A DNA stretch of 64,000 nt, from NCBI GenBank assembly GCA_038060895.1, contig JBBTCT010000006.1, forward strand, positions 7,403 to 71,402, in the 5' to 3' direction. The number at the start of each line of letters is the position of its first letter. Positions within the stretch are counted from its first letter, which is position 1. The position numbers and the translations under genes were made by a program. The notes beneath the pieces were generated by a model, which worked only from the letters and a program-made list of their open reading frames with translations, made no database searches and had not been told where the DNA came from. Positions 19,601-29,126 of this stretch are shown in pieces. The stretch comes from Planctomycetota bacterium. Lineage in GTDB: Bacteria > Planctomycetota > MHYJ01 > WSZJ01.

Positions 19601-22168
19601 CGTCGTGATCAGGACGTCCGTAGCGAGGCTCAGTCCGTGCTTCGCCGCAAACGACTGGCCTTTCGGATGCACGCGAAGCAGCGTCGACAGCAGATGCGAA
19701 TCATCGATCAACCCCATCGCGTGCGCGCACCGCGCGATCATCCACGGCGGCCCGCCGAACGCGAGCCGCGGCTCCACTTTGTCGCGGGAAAATTCCGAAG
19801 CGGTGTGGACGTGGACGTCGTAGTAGTGCCCTTCGGCGTCGAGGCGGGGAGGGTCTACGTCGAAGTCGACGCGGAGGACGGATTCCTGCCAGAGTTCGGT
19901 GGGTTCGTTCTCCCTATCCGATCTCCCCTTACGACCCTTGCTGGGGAGGCTGGTCGTGTCTGGGTGCTCAGAGAGGTCGTAGTAGCGGACTCCAACTCGG
20001 AAGAATTGGGAGCGTGTTCCCGAGTAGTCCCTCTTCCGGAAGAACTCCACATCCTCTCGAGGCACCATGATGATGGCGTGCCAGCCGTCGTGGTACTTCC
20101 AGCCAAGAAACTCGTTTCGGTTGAACGCGGTACCGCACCAGTCCTCGACTCGATAGGTCCCGTGGTCATGCCAGAGTGTCTTCGGGCCGATCAGGTTGTC
20201 AGTTCCCAGAGGATGGTGAGCAATGAAGAGGCCGTGTCCGACTGGAAAATCGACATCGAACTTGTCCGTTGGACTGTAGGTAGCTGCCTGATCTGGCGCC
20301 AGGAGATCGATCATGATGTCGGAAATCCACACGCCTGATGCTGGGTATCTACGTCCGTTATCTTGCCTTTCATATTCGTACTTCTCAGGGATTTGAGCGG
20401 TGTGTATCTCGGGTGTGAACAGCATGAATGGGATCGTCGATCTCGACGCTGCAATGCTTGCTGGGGCGTCGACGATCACCTCCTTAAGCCCCCACACGTC
20501 CGCATATTGCGGCGAATAGCTACTCCTCGACATGTCAAAGAGGATGTCTTCGTCGGCGTAAAGCTCACCACCCTCTTTTATCTCTAAGGAAACCACCTTG
20601 CCCGTCTTCCCCTCTGCCGGCTTTGCGAGCACCAAGTGAAGTTCAATTTCGCGAGATTCCCCGGCTTCTAACTTCATGGAGAGTTCGGCGTCCGGTTCCG
20701 AAATGGCCACGATTAGCTTCGTTTCGATGGGCTTGTTGTTCGGGTTATGGATTAGGGATCGAAGAACGGCCTTGTCGGAGTCGGATCGCATTCCCTCGAG
20801 CCGGTTCAGGAAACAGAGTGCCGTGCCTTCTCGCGGGTCTGGGGCGACCGTGTACTTGAGCCTGTCGTTCGCCGAATTTCCGCCGTCTGTTTGACTCAGG
20901 ACCACTTCGCACGAGTGACTTCCTTTCGCGAGGCCAAGCATGGGCACTCTCACCCGACAGGACTCGCCGGATTGCAGCACCGCGATGTCTACGCGGCTTC
21001 CGTTTGCCTGCGAGAGAATCCGGGACGTCAGTGAACCAGCACCGGGAGATCCACCCACGTTGCGAACCGTCACCGTTAGGTCGAATGCCTGTCCGGGCTT
21101 TGGATCCGGAGTGAGAAGGGCCCAGAGCACGGCGAGGTCAGCGGGTCGCGCAACCGCATCAGCGTATTGCGATGCGAGAATCTCCGCGTCAATGTGGCGC
21201 GCCGGGCAGTGGAGGAAGGCATTTCCATTGAAAATTGGAGACCCCGAAAGCGTCAGCACATCCCGCACGCGCTGCGCGCTCCAATCCCGATTGGCGGCCA
21301 TCAGTCGCGCGGTGAGGCCAGCCGCCTGTGCGCAGGCGACGCTGGTGCCTTGCAGCGAAGCGAACCCGCCGCCTGGCGCGATGACTTTCGCGAAGATTGG
21401 ACCCATGAGCTCGGTCTTGCCGGAGTGGTTCGCCAGTTCGGCGCGGTAGTAGAACTGGATCTCCTTGTCGCCGACCTTCTCCGTGCTGGCCTCGCGCTCG
21501 CCGGTGCAGGAAATCGCCCAGGGATGCGCGGCCGGGTAGAAGTCGTGCGTCGCGGGGCTGCCGACGCCCGCCGCGGCCAACACAAGGATTCCCTTTTCCT
21601 TCGCCTGCGCCATCCCGGTCTCGAGCGCATCTGATGTGAACGACCCACCCATCGGAACGCAGATCACGTGCGCCCCGCGCTTCACCGCTTCCTGAACGGC
21701 GAGCCCGACGACTGTGGGAAGAGCCGAGCTGTCCAGGGGAGTCGTGACCTTGATCGGAAGGATCTTCACGGGCTGCTTCGCGCAGACGCCGTCGAACTGG
21801 TCTTCTTCCGAATCGGCGCAGATAAGGCCGGCGACGGCGGTGCCGTGGCCCACCTGGTCTTTCGTGTCGCCGGGAACGGGGGCGAGATTGACTCCCTCGA
21901 GGACCTTTCCCTTGAGCGCCGGGTGTTCGGCATCGACGCCCGTGTCGATGACGGCCACGACGATGTCGCCCTTGAGAGGCTCGGCGCGGGGCGTCCACGC
22001 CGTGCTTGCGACAGGGGTGGGGTCCTTTGGCGGGTTGAGCGGCTTGACGGGATCCTTCGGCGGCGCCACCGGGGGCGGAGTTGGAGTAGGGGCAGGTTTG
22101 TCGCACGCCGCAAAAACCCAGGCCAGACCGCAGGCAGCGAGTGTGAGAACCAGGCGGGCATGCTTCAT
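16619..22168 (-). CDS. Large lipoprotein: S8 subtilase + CARDB/Ig-like + PHP-type metallohydrolase + C-terminal beta domains
   Basis: Lipobox FAAC; triad motifs VIDTG, HGT, GTSVA; ADLAV..VTVRNVG..NSAND CARDB pattern; PHP motifs DVHVHT, TTDHN, AAHP, GSDAHG. Confidence 0.85.
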   Translation of the reverse strand: MKHARLVLTLAACGLAWVFAACDKPAPTPTPPPVAPPKDPVKPLNPPKDPTPVASTAWTPRAEPLKGDIVVAVIDTGVDAEHPALKGKVLEGVNLAPVPGDTKDQVGHGTAVAGLICADSEEDQFDGVCAKQPVKILPIKVTTPLDSSALPTVVGLAVQEAVKRGAHVICVPMGGSFTSDALETGMAQAKEKGILVLAAAGVGSPATHDFYPAAHPWAISCTGEREASTEKVGDKEIQFYYRAELANHSGKTELMGPIFAKVIAPGGGFASLQGTSVACAQAAGLTARLMAANRDWSAQRVRDVLTLSGSPIFNGNAFLHCPARHIDAEILASQYADAVARPADLAVLWALLTPDPKPGQAFDLTVTVRNVGGSPGAGSLTSRILSQANGSRVDIAVLQSGESCRVRVPMLGLAKGSHSCEVVLSQTDGGNSANDRLKYTVAPDPREGTALCFLNRLEGMRSDSDKAVLRSLIHNPNNKPIETKLIVAISEPDAELSMKLEAGESREIELHLVLAKPAEGKTGKVVSLEIKEGGELYADEDILFDMSRSSYSPQYADVWGLKEVIVDAPASIAASRSTIPFMLFTPEIHTAQIPEKYEYERQDNGRRYPASGVWISDIMIDLLAPDQAATYSPTDKFDVDFPVGHGLFIAHHPLGTDNLIGPKTLWHDHGTYRVEDWCGTAFNRNEFLGWKYHDGWHAIIMVPREDVEFFRKRDYSGTRSQFFRVGVRYYDLSEHPDTTSLPSKGRKGRSDRENEPTELWQESVLRVDFDVDPPRLDAEGHYYDVHVHTASEFSRDKVEPRLAFGGPPWMIARCAHAMGLIDDSHLLSTLLRVHPKGQSFAAKHGLSLATDVLITTDHNCFLTDRDEPSAAPFGGEQFGGYEFGMLRQYFGRGANQELAMAKPFAAAGAMHALVYGAEPIEGPWHGGRGMRPMLAAVRDTLDAVTLTDDVLSYLDNVPETKFLKPPIDLVARMLHLLKHGVGATQAQRDGVRDGLQKLLQVVLEKASGKKIDLALIRNFCNLWGDLSATDLKKVLKEIDEALTAAEGRKEQNKWDVLNTEDLLIPRDNSYVAAHPFLGTKPLVEDKPNTPGDLAWQEGELMRAANMTWGFKGAERYPRRFPFRGVQLWNEPHFYSAKFSRPSDLAALNLWRAGVLQPELKWNEELSFGLHYYLKELIQPGLRWSFEPDIAREDGAKRLLLRKMYHFAGSDAHGSFNYTTGVGATMFTEPKFESVFALIGFGHGTESHTSHYGAARVYAQKASLDEVLEGRVVCTDGPVVWPELDTDVRFDSLTSIWHDSWTVATKANNADGEIGGGGKFDGERTALARRGCPDMVLRWRAAGDAGLSGRVKRLEAYRVTADQERVARAVRGMQVPFLEPAATFPNADGMGQQYALLGSAFGPTEPGVLMVGGYTSDSDAGLFDIKERRCLANPIWVSTVEIGASARPVVVDGKAYIPKGQFVATFRTDHSMYDMVAQPTVWAKQLNVNGDSVLAAYRLIPVWRGDTVGWWENEERQIGGKLVRVADCVMTAMNEENIPLGPDWYPVEGIDSFAVIWANPRDAFGNSLNSVANLLEVGVPAGTVTTGDGGGSGDGGGPPDEKPVETGGRNDLPPDTCSLNVRPGEEVQLPKGATCDGKKIPPGTWTVPELPDKGLSLVVSCGAQTLTLLLTSSAAPSPAFLDRTNPGFYGAVPTPGKGTPTLSLKNHTQKTVETPEPVFVSGSTYVFSAPQAEPGACDLTVTQGTASSTTPLEAVAAKISWDAADAQPGEVRALRVTLEGASTPEKWLLSGTIDITNGQVVSVADPARISIKGASLTVTDLPGSVVDVAQVRALQTGKMTAVSRLRALKR
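16643..17071. repeat. 429-bp direct repeat, copy B (3' end of the subtilase-PHP gene)
   Basis: Matches 13357-13785. Confidence 0.95.
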
Positions 22169-23745
22169 CGGCTCAAGCTCCTCTTGGAAAATGTCCCGTC
22201 CAGACGGGGAACGAATTCGGCGGGGCTCAGGTCGAGCATGGCTCCGGCAAGCGCTACCTGCGCTCCGCCGGACTTCACGCTGAATACGAACGGTGTTTCG
22301 GTCAGCTCCAACTCGTCGGGCAAATCGAAGTCGAGTTCGACGTCGACGAAGCCGCCGGCCGGCAAGGTCAGGCGGTCCTCTCCGTCCGACTCGCCGACTC
22401 CCGCGGCTACCTCGACCTCGCGGGCCTCGCCGCCGGTGTTTCGCAGGCGCGCCCCCACGGTCGCTTTCGTTGTTCCGTCGCGTCGCCCGATGAGGCGCAA
22501 CCGGTGAATCTCCACGCCGCTGTCATCCGGCGGAAAACAGACGACGCGCGTCGCGTTGTTCTCGGGATTGATGTCCCCTTCGGCGACAACACGCACGACC
22601 GCCACCGCGTCGAACGCAACCTCCGGAAGTCCGAATTCGACCATCGTCCGCTTCCCCGGCGCAAGATCCTTGATCTCCGCCGTCATCGCCTTGACCTCCC
22701 CCGGCGGCTGCAACTCCACGCGCCCCGACAGCGGAGCCCCGCCAAGATTTCCCACCTCCACCTGCACCCGGAGCGCGCCCTTCGACCCGAACCCTCGCTG
22801 CACGCCCCCGATGAACGCATCCCGTTCCGGCCCTTCCCGCTTCGCCGCCCAGTGCAGCACGCCTTCCCGGCTGCCTCTTCGCAGCCGCTCCGTCGCCTGG
22901 TCGTCGGGCGACTCGGGAAGACCGCCCGCGGTGACGAGGATTTCGCGGAGGCGGGCGGGGGAGAGGTCGGGCCTGGAAGCGCGGAGCACGGCGGCGAGGG
23001 CGGCGGCGCGGGCGCAGGCAACCGAGAGGCCGCGGACCGGGTCGGGGAGGCCCTTGATGGGGAGGGGAGTCGCTTCATCGGACAGCATCAGCTCGGTTTC
23101 GCCGGTGGCCGCGCAGCCCGCGACGGCGCACTCGCCGCGGGCGCGGCCGGCGGCGACTCCCTTGCCGTCGGGAAGCCGCAAAGGCGCTTCCCGCGACGCC
23201 GTGCAGGAGATGACCCAGGGGTGAGCGGCGGGTTGGGAATCGAAGCCGCCGAAGTCGTGGGAGACGTGGCCGGCGGGGGCGATGACGAGGGCGCCGGCCT
23301 TCTGGGCGCGGTCGAGGGCGGCGTCGAGTTCGGCGGCGGAGGCGGGGGAGGTGAAGGCGAGGCAGATGACGGAGGCTTTTTCGCGGAGGGCGGCGTCGAT
23401 GGCGGAGACCAGGTCGGCGGCCTTGGCGGCTTCGCCGTCGGAGACCTTGATGGGGAGGACGCGAACGGGGAAGTCGGCTGCCCAGCCGCGGATGTCGGGG
23501 TTTGCGGAGCGGCCGGCGATGAGACCGGCGAGCACCGTGCCGTGGAGGACGGGATCGTCGGCGGGTTTACCCGGGTGCAGGATGTTGATGGCGGGGAGGA
23601 GGGCGCCCGCGAGGTCGGGGTGCGCTGCGTCGATGCCGGTGTCGATGAGAGCGACCACGGTCGGCGCGGGCGGATCTTCCGCGGGCGCGGGCAGAACTGC
23701 CGCGAAGACGAAGATCGGGCCAGAAAGGTGATGCAGGAGCTTCAC
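22165..23745 (-). CDS. S8 subtilase-like protein with CARDB-like domains (start uncertain; ORF open to 23835)
   Basis: LIDTG, HGT, GLSVAC motifs; HPWVISCT and LPIKV shared with the downstream paralog; ATGA overlap with 22168. Confidence 0.8.
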   Translation of the reverse strand: MKLLHHLSGPIFVFAAVLPAPAEDPPAPTVVALIDTGIDAAHPDLAGALLPAINILHPGKPADDPVLHGTVLAGLIAGRSANPDIRGWAADFPVRVLPIKVSDGEAAKAADLVSAIDAALREKASVICLAFTSPASAAELDAALDRAQKAGALVIAPAGHVSHDFGGFDSQPAAHPWVISCTASREAPLRLPDGKGVAAGRARGECAVAGCAATGETELMLSDEATPLPIKGLPDPVRGLSVACARAAALAAVLRASRPDLSPARLREILVTAGGLPESPDDQATERLRRGSREGVLHWAAKREGPERDAFIGGVQRGFGSKGALRVQVEVGNLGGAPLSGRVELQPPGEVKAMTAEIKDLAPGKRTMVEFGLPEVAFDAVAVVRVVAEGDINPENNATRVVCFPPDDSGVEIHRLRLIGRRDGTTKATVGARLRNTGGEAREVEVAAGVGESDGEDRLTLPAGGFVDVELDFDLPDELELTETPFVFSVKSGGAQVALAGAMLDLSPAEFVPRLDGTFSKRSLSR

Positions 23746-23981
23746 GCTCGACGGCCCTGAATCGGCAGAAAGAGGAAAGGCCGGTTCCCTCGAGCCGGCA
23801 GTGCTGAACGTAGAAACACGGCCTGCGGACCGCAAGGCATTTTCGTGGAGGTTCGAATCGCGTCGAGGAGCGGAGGATTTGGCGCGAATTCGTGCCTTTA
23901 CTTATCCCTCAGTAAATAGAATCCCGCGTTGGTTGAATTCGAGGGCGCGTCCTCCGCCCGGCGTGTCGGGGACGACCGGCG

Positions 23982-26900
23982 ATGCTTCGACCCGCGATTC
24001 GCGCAGAGCACCTTTCGGCACAAGTTCATTTTGGCGGGCAGAGCGTGGAACGATCCCAGGAGCCGCTGCACCCTCAGCGTGACGGGAATTCCAAATCGCC
24101 CATCGGCCTTCAACCGATCGAACTCCTCTGGCTCAGCCAGGAACGCCACCTGGTTTCGCTGGCCGTGGCCCAGCATCAGGCTGCGGAACTCGGTGCGCGT
24201 GGCACGGTGAGCCCCTCGTACCTGCGCCATTGTTCCCGGTCTGCGCTTGGGGCTGCGATGCACGGCGGCCAGAGGCGACAGGGAATTGCCCGGCAGCGCA
24301 TCACCCGCTCAGCCGCGGAAGCCCTTGCCGAGAGTCCTGAAAAGACCGGCCTCCTGCAGGAGATAGTCCTCGACTGGATGGAGATCGTCCACCTCGCCCT
24401 GACGGAAATCGCGGACGGCCGGCTGTACCGCGAAGCAATGTCGGATGGCGAGGCGCTCCTGGCGGCAGCCCGGGGAGGTCCGAGTCAGCGTCTTGTTGCC
24501 CAGACGTTGTTCAGGCTCGCGCTTCTGAACCTCGATCCGTTTATCGTCGGCCGACCCTCCTCTAATTACGAAGCCAGCATCCGTCACTGGGAAGCGGGCT
24601 TCGCGGAGGAATTCGCGGAGGAGCTTAGAGGACTTCCGGAGGCAGACTGGAAGATGCCTTCTCCCGCCGAAGCGCTCGGGCGTGCCGTGAAGTACCTGCG
24701 GGAGATGATCGATCATGCGGAAGGCGATGCGATGGTCCGGGGGCTGAAAGCGCTGATTCAGGCGCTCGGGTGGCATAGCCTCGTGAGCCAGGCGGACCTC
24801 AACCAGGTTGAGATTGGAGACTTATGTCGTCGAGCACTTGCCAGGCTCGATCCGTCGAGACATCCCGTGCAGTGGCTCGAAGTTCTGGGGGCGTTGCCGA
24901 ACCACGGCGAGGTGAATCTTCTCGAGGAGGCCGACAGAGTTCTTCGTCGTTCACCCGACCAGCTCGTTCACGATGTGGGACCCGTCGTCGCAATAGACGC
25001 CATAAGGTCCGGGATCAGGCTGCTCATGGGCGGTCATGCGGCACGGGCTCTGGATCTGCTTCGATCCGCGAAGCCACTGGTTGAAAGACATGGAAGCGAT
25101 GCGGATCGATCCGCCTGGCTGGAAGACGAACTCACGATCGCGACACTCGCGATCGGACCTGACATGGTGACGCCGATCGCACCGTATGGCGTGCAAGTGG
25201 CGGAAGAAGAATTGCGGAGGCGCGCCGACGAAGGCAGTTGGGACCGCCGAACGCTATGCGCCGGCCTGCTGCGTCTGGCGCGGATATCCGGGCAGACTGA
25301 TGAAGAGCGAGCCGGGCTGGCGCTCCTGGAGGAGGCAGTCCGGTTGGCTCCTGCGTTTGTGGAGAGTCTCCTGCAGCCGATCAACCTGCTTCGGGCAATC
25401 CTGCATCGCAATGCGGCCGTCAATGAGTGGAAGGCCGGCAACTGGGCTGACGCCACCGCAGAATACGGCACGGCGCTTCGCGGGTACGTGGATCTTCGGC
25501 TCGTGGAGAAGAGCCACGACTGCCTGGTGTGGATCGAGGACCTTGCGCGCATTGCAGCACCGGAAGTTGCCGTCCAGGTCGTGAGGCAGGTCGCGCCGCT
25601 CGCGTTGAAACTCGAGGCCCTCATTGGCGAGCGAGCGATTCTCTCCCTTCAGCGGTTGTGCGAGCGCACGATCGCCGGATCGATGAAAGGCACCGCCGAC
25701 CTCGAGACGGTGAATTTCCTCTTTCAAGTTGCGAAGGGTCGACGCTTCGCACATGTCCTGTCCCGGGGAACCCGGTACAGGGTTAATGAAGACGCCGAAG
25801 CACAGGCAATGTTGAAGGCCATTCAGAATGCGCCGCAAGGCGTGAGCGTCGCCCCCGTGGACGAGGAACGGCTCCTGACGGTTCACGCCGATCCCAGGCC
25901 CCTGCACGGCGGAGGCACGGACGAACAACGACTTTCGAATCTGCAGCATGCGTTCGACAGCCGCGTGTCGGCCCTTTCATTTCGTGGCGACATCGGCGAA
26001 GAGACGGCGTACCTGTCGTGTGCGGAGATCCAGCGTTGCTTGGATGACCGAACGGTTCTTGTGAGCCTGTATTCGGGATCGTCGGATCCCGGAGAGACGA
26101 CCGTCTACGCGACGGCGTTCACGCGCGAAAGAGTGCGGCTTTACAGAACGGTGCAGGCGCCGGCTGCGGAAGAAAGCCGCCCAGGCGGCGCAGATCCAGG
26201 CGCCGGGAGAGGCGCCGTGGCACGGCTGGTTCACAGGGCGCGCGCGGCACTGTCGCTTCAGGTTCCCCGTGGAGAAATCGCAAGCGCGGCTGCGCGACTT
26301 GTCCTCGCCGATTGTTTCCGTGCGTTGTTCGGCAAACTTGGCAAAGACCTGCAAGGTCTCAGCAACGTCGGCAAGGACCACCTGTGCATCGTGCCTCACG
26401 GACCCTTACATTACATTCCCTTCCACCTGCTCGGGATCAAAGAGCCGCTCGCGAGCAAGTGGAAGGTGAGCTATTTGCCCAACCTCCACCTGCTCGCAGG
26501 ATTAAGGAACCGGAGCGCACTCGGGGCTAAGCGCCACGACTGGATTACTTCCATCGGCCTGGGGTTTCCCGGGACCAACCCGCATGATCTCCCCTGCATT
26601 CCGGGATCGGCCCGGGAAGCCAGTGAAGTGGCCGCGATCTTCGGCAAGGGTCCGCTTCTCGAAAAACACGCGACTCGAAAGGCAACTTTCGCCGCCCTCT
26701 CCGATTCGCGATTCGTACATGTCTCGACGCACGGCCGGCACAATTATGAAGCGCCTGCTCTTCATCTCGTTTACATGGCCGCGGATAGCGACTCCGATGG
26801 GCGGCTGTTCGCATTCGAAGTGCCGACCCTCGACCTTCGACGACTCGAAGTCCTGACGCTTAGCGCCTGCGAAACCGCGCTGGGCCGATTTGATCTCGGC

Positions 26901-27170
26901 GACAACCTTCGGGGCCTGCCGGCCAGCTTTCTGATTGCGGGCGTCCAGACTTTGGTTGGCACTTTGTGGCGACCGGACGTTGAGGTGTCGCGATACTTCT
27001 TCGTCGCTTTCTACAGTCGCCTCAGACGGGGCGCCTCGCGGCTCGAAGCGTTTTCCGCCGCGCAGCGCCGGACGCGCAAGCGATTTCCGCCGATGAGGGC
27101 ATGGGGACCCTTCTATATGATTGGCGACTGCGACACGGTTGCGGGGTTCGAAAACAAAAACGGGGGGTAG
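23982..27170 (+). CDS. CHAT-domain (caspase-like) protease with helical N-terminal region; true start probably downstream (~24258-24378)
   Basis: IVPHGPLHYIPF, HVSTHG (catalytic His), LSACET (catalytic Cys), AGVQTLVGTLW, WGPFYMIG. Confidence 0.88.
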   Translation: MLRPAIRAEHLSAQVHFGGQSVERSQEPLHPQRDGNSKSPIGLQPIELLWLSQERHLVSLAVAQHQAAELGARGTVSPSYLRHCSRSALGAAMHGGQRRQGIARQRITRSAAEALAESPEKTGLLQEIVLDWMEIVHLALTEIADGRLYREAMSDGEALLAAARGGPSQRLVAQTLFRLALLNLDPFIVGRPSSNYEASIRHWEAGFAEEFAEELRGLPEADWKMPSPAEALGRAVKYLREMIDHAEGDAMVRGLKALIQALGWHSLVSQADLNQVEIGDLCRRALARLDPSRHPVQWLEVLGALPNHGEVNLLEEADRVLRRSPDQLVHDVGPVVAIDAIRSGIRLLMGGHAARALDLLRSAKPLVERHGSDADRSAWLEDELTIATLAIGPDMVTPIAPYGVQVAEEELRRRADEGSWDRRTLCAGLLRLARISGQTDEERAGLALLEEAVRLAPAFVESLLQPINLLRAILHRNAAVNEWKAGNWADATAEYGTALRGYVDLRLVEKSHDCLVWIEDLARIAAPEVAVQVVRQVAPLALKLEALIGERAILSLQRLCERTIAGSMKGTADLETVNFLFQVAKGRRFAHVLSRGTRYRVNEDAEAQAMLKAIQNAPQGVSVAPVDEERLLTVHADPRPLHGGGTDEQRLSNLQHAFDSRVSALSFRGDIGEETAYLSCAEIQRCLDDRTVLVSLYSGSSDPGETTVYATAFTRERVRLYRTVQAPAAEESRPGGADPGAGRGAVARLVHRARAALSLQVPRGEIASAAARLVLADCFRALFGKLGKDLQGLSNVGKDHLCIVPHGPLHYIPFHLLGIKEPLASKWKVSYLPNLHLLAGLRNRSALGAKRHDWITSIGLGFPGTNPHDLPCIPGSAREASEVAAIFGKGPLLEKHATRKATFAALSDSRFVHVSTHGRHNYEAPALHLVYMAADSDSDGRLFAFEVPTLDLRRLEVLTLSACETALGRFDLGDNLRGLPASFLIAGVQTLVGTLWRPDVEVSRYFFVAFYSRLRRGASRLEAFSAAQRRTRKRFPPMRAWGPFYMIGDCDTVAGFENKNGG

Positions 27171-27172
27171 CC

Positions 27173-27352
27173 ATGGCAGGAATCGATGTGGGCGGGATGG
27201 TGAAGATCGTCAAGGTAGGGGCCGCCGAACAGCACCTCCTGAACCGCGTCGGAAGGCTGCTGGTGATCGCGGACTCCGTCAACTGCCTGCTGGTCTTCCA
27301 GGACGGCACCACGGCCCAGGTGAAGATCGACCAGCTTCAATCGGTGCGCTGA
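27173..27352 (+). CDS. 59-aa beta-rich hypothetical protein (SH3/KOW-like)
   Basis: G-run SD; starts 2 nt after the CHAT stop and ends 10 nt before the caspase start; GC3-rich codons; VGGMVKIV...VGRLLVI...LLVFQDGTTAQVKIDQL. Confidence 0.75.
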   Translation: MAGIDVGGMVKIVKVGAAEQHLLNRVGRLLVIADSVNCLLVFQDGTTAQVKIDQLQSVR

Positions 27353-27362
27353 CTCCCGAGCC

Positions 27363-29126
27363 ATGAACAAGACACGCGCTGCCGTGCTCATCGGCGTCAG
27401 GAAAAGCGGGTCGCTCCAAACCCTCCATACGGCGGCCGAGAACGCTCGTGCGATGGCCGCCTGGGCCGGGTCGCAGCAATTCAAGCACGTTCACGTCATC
27501 ACCGACGAAGCGGGGAGGGTCGATGTCGCGCGGATCAAGAAAACGATCACTGAGCTCGTGGATTTGAGAACAATTGAGCAGTTAATCGTCTACTTCTCCG
27601 GACACGGCGTGAATCGAAACCGGAGTGAATACTGGCTCTTGACCGGGGCGCCCAGGGATTCCCAGGAAGCGGTGAATGTTGAGGGAAGCGTCCATCTTGC
27701 GCGAAGGGTGGGAATTCCTCACGTCGTGTTTATCTCGGACGCGTGCCGAACCGCTCCCGAAGGCATCCAGGCGGATTCCGTCACAGGTAGCGACATTTTC
27801 CCGAATGAGGACATCGGAGGTTCCAACCACGCCGTCGATCAGTTCTTCGCTACGCAGCTTGGACGGCCCGCCTACGAGTTCAAGAACACCGCCGAGGCGG
27901 TCGCGGCTTACGCTCCTTATACGGACGAATTGATCAAGGCTCTCAGCGGAGATTACGAGCCGCCCCTCGAACATCACAAGGAGGGCCGGAGGGCCTTCGG
28001 ACTGGTGCGGCCGCATCCGCTCAAACGCCACCTGCATTCCGTCGTCACCAGGAAGGTGCATGCCGTGGCGCGACGGGCGCAAGCGCCCGACGCCCTGATT
28101 ACGTCCGACGAATCTGCCTGGCTGGCGAAAATCCTGTTCGAACACCCGGGACACCCGACCAAAGGGGACTCGCGCAAACCGCGCCGCCATCCATTCGTCG
28201 AATCGCCTCAGTCGAGGAAGTTCCCCGATCTGGGAAGTTTGTCGCGCGCTTTCCTCACCGCGGCATTGCGCGCAGCGGCGCCCGCCTTCTTCCCGCAGGT
28301 GCCGACGGAACTAGTCACTGCCGCCGTGGAGCTGGGACGATCGGTGGCCCGAATGTCCAAGTCGTTCGGCAGCGCAGAATTCCGGACCGGCTGCGGATTC
28401 AAGGTGCGTGGGAACGGATTTGCGGACGCAACGAGTCTGGGTGGCGCTCGAGTCGAGCGATCGTCCGAGAACCTGGTTCAGATCCTCGACGTGGCGTGGC
28501 CCGCTTCAAACGTGCTGATCACATTCGGTGACGGCACCGGAACGATGCTGCCCGCGATTCCCGAATTCATCGGCGCTCTCACGTTTGAAGGAAATGAACT
28601 GGTCGATGTCGCATACGAACCGTCGGCCGGATCTTCGCGGTGGAAAGCGTTTCAGAAACGGCGAGATGAACTCCGGCGCCTGAGGGCGACGATCGCAGAG
28701 TCGGCACGACTGGGGGTGTTCAGGGTCGAAGAACCTGGAGCTCGGAAACTCATCAAGAAGCTGCGTTATGGCGAGAGCATCGATCCCGGCCTGGCTCTAT
28801 ACGCCGCATATGCGTGCCGCGACCTTCCCGGCCCTGATCGTATTCTGGACTTTGAAGTGACCCTCCTGGGAGATCTGGGGTTGAGCTTTTTCGATTTGTG
28901 GCTGATTGGCGGCGAACTCGGAAACATGGACCTCGCCAACTCCTCGGTCTTTCCGTTCTTTCCGATGCTCTCCCAAGGGTGGGCGCTTCTCGACGCGCTG
29001 CGAGTTAAGCTTCCTGAGTCTCTGTCGACTCTTCAAGGTCACCTCCGGCAGTCTCTCTGGACGCTTTTTGACCCCGCGGGAGTTTCGGCAATCCGGAAAG
29101 CAATTCCAGAACTGGAGCGGCGATGA
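27363..29126 (+). CDS. Caspase-family (peptidase C14) protein with uncharacterised C-terminal domain
   Basis: AAVLIGV start, VYFSGHG (His), ISDACR (Cys), FFATQLGRPAYE. Confidence 0.88.
   Translation: MNKTRAAVLIGVRKSGSLQTLHTAAENARAMAAWAGSQQFKHVHVITDEAGRVDVARIKKTITELVDLRTIEQLIVYFSGHGVNRNRSEYWLLTGAPRDSQEAVNVEGSVHLARRVGIPHVVFISDACRTAPEGIQADSVTGSDIFPNEDIGGSNHAVDQFFATQLGRPAYEFKNTAEAVAAYAPYTDELIKALSGDYEPPLEHHKEGRRAFGLVRPHPLKRHLHSVVTRKVHAVARRAQAPDALITSDESAWLAKILFEHPGHPTKGDSRKPRRHPFVESPQSRKFPDLGSLSRAFLTAALRAAAPAFFPQVPTELVTAAVELGRSVARMSKSFGSAEFRTGCGFKVRGNGFADATSLGGARVERSSENLVQILDVAWPASNVLITFGDGTGTMLPAIPEFIGALTFEGNELVDVAYEPSAGSSRWKAFQKRRDELRRLRATIAESARLGVFRVEEPGARKLIKKLRYGESIDPGLALYAAYACRDLPGPDRILDFEVTLLGDLGLSFFDLWLIGGELGNMDLANSSVFPFFPMLSQGWALLDALRVKLPESLSTLQGHLRQSLWTLFDPAGVSAIRKAIPELERR

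Noticed and set aside
23898-24263. Minus-strand 121-aa ORF as a real gene
   Set aside because: No recognisable motif or SD, and it overlaps the uncertain CHAT 5' region. It may be a remnant but cannot be supported.
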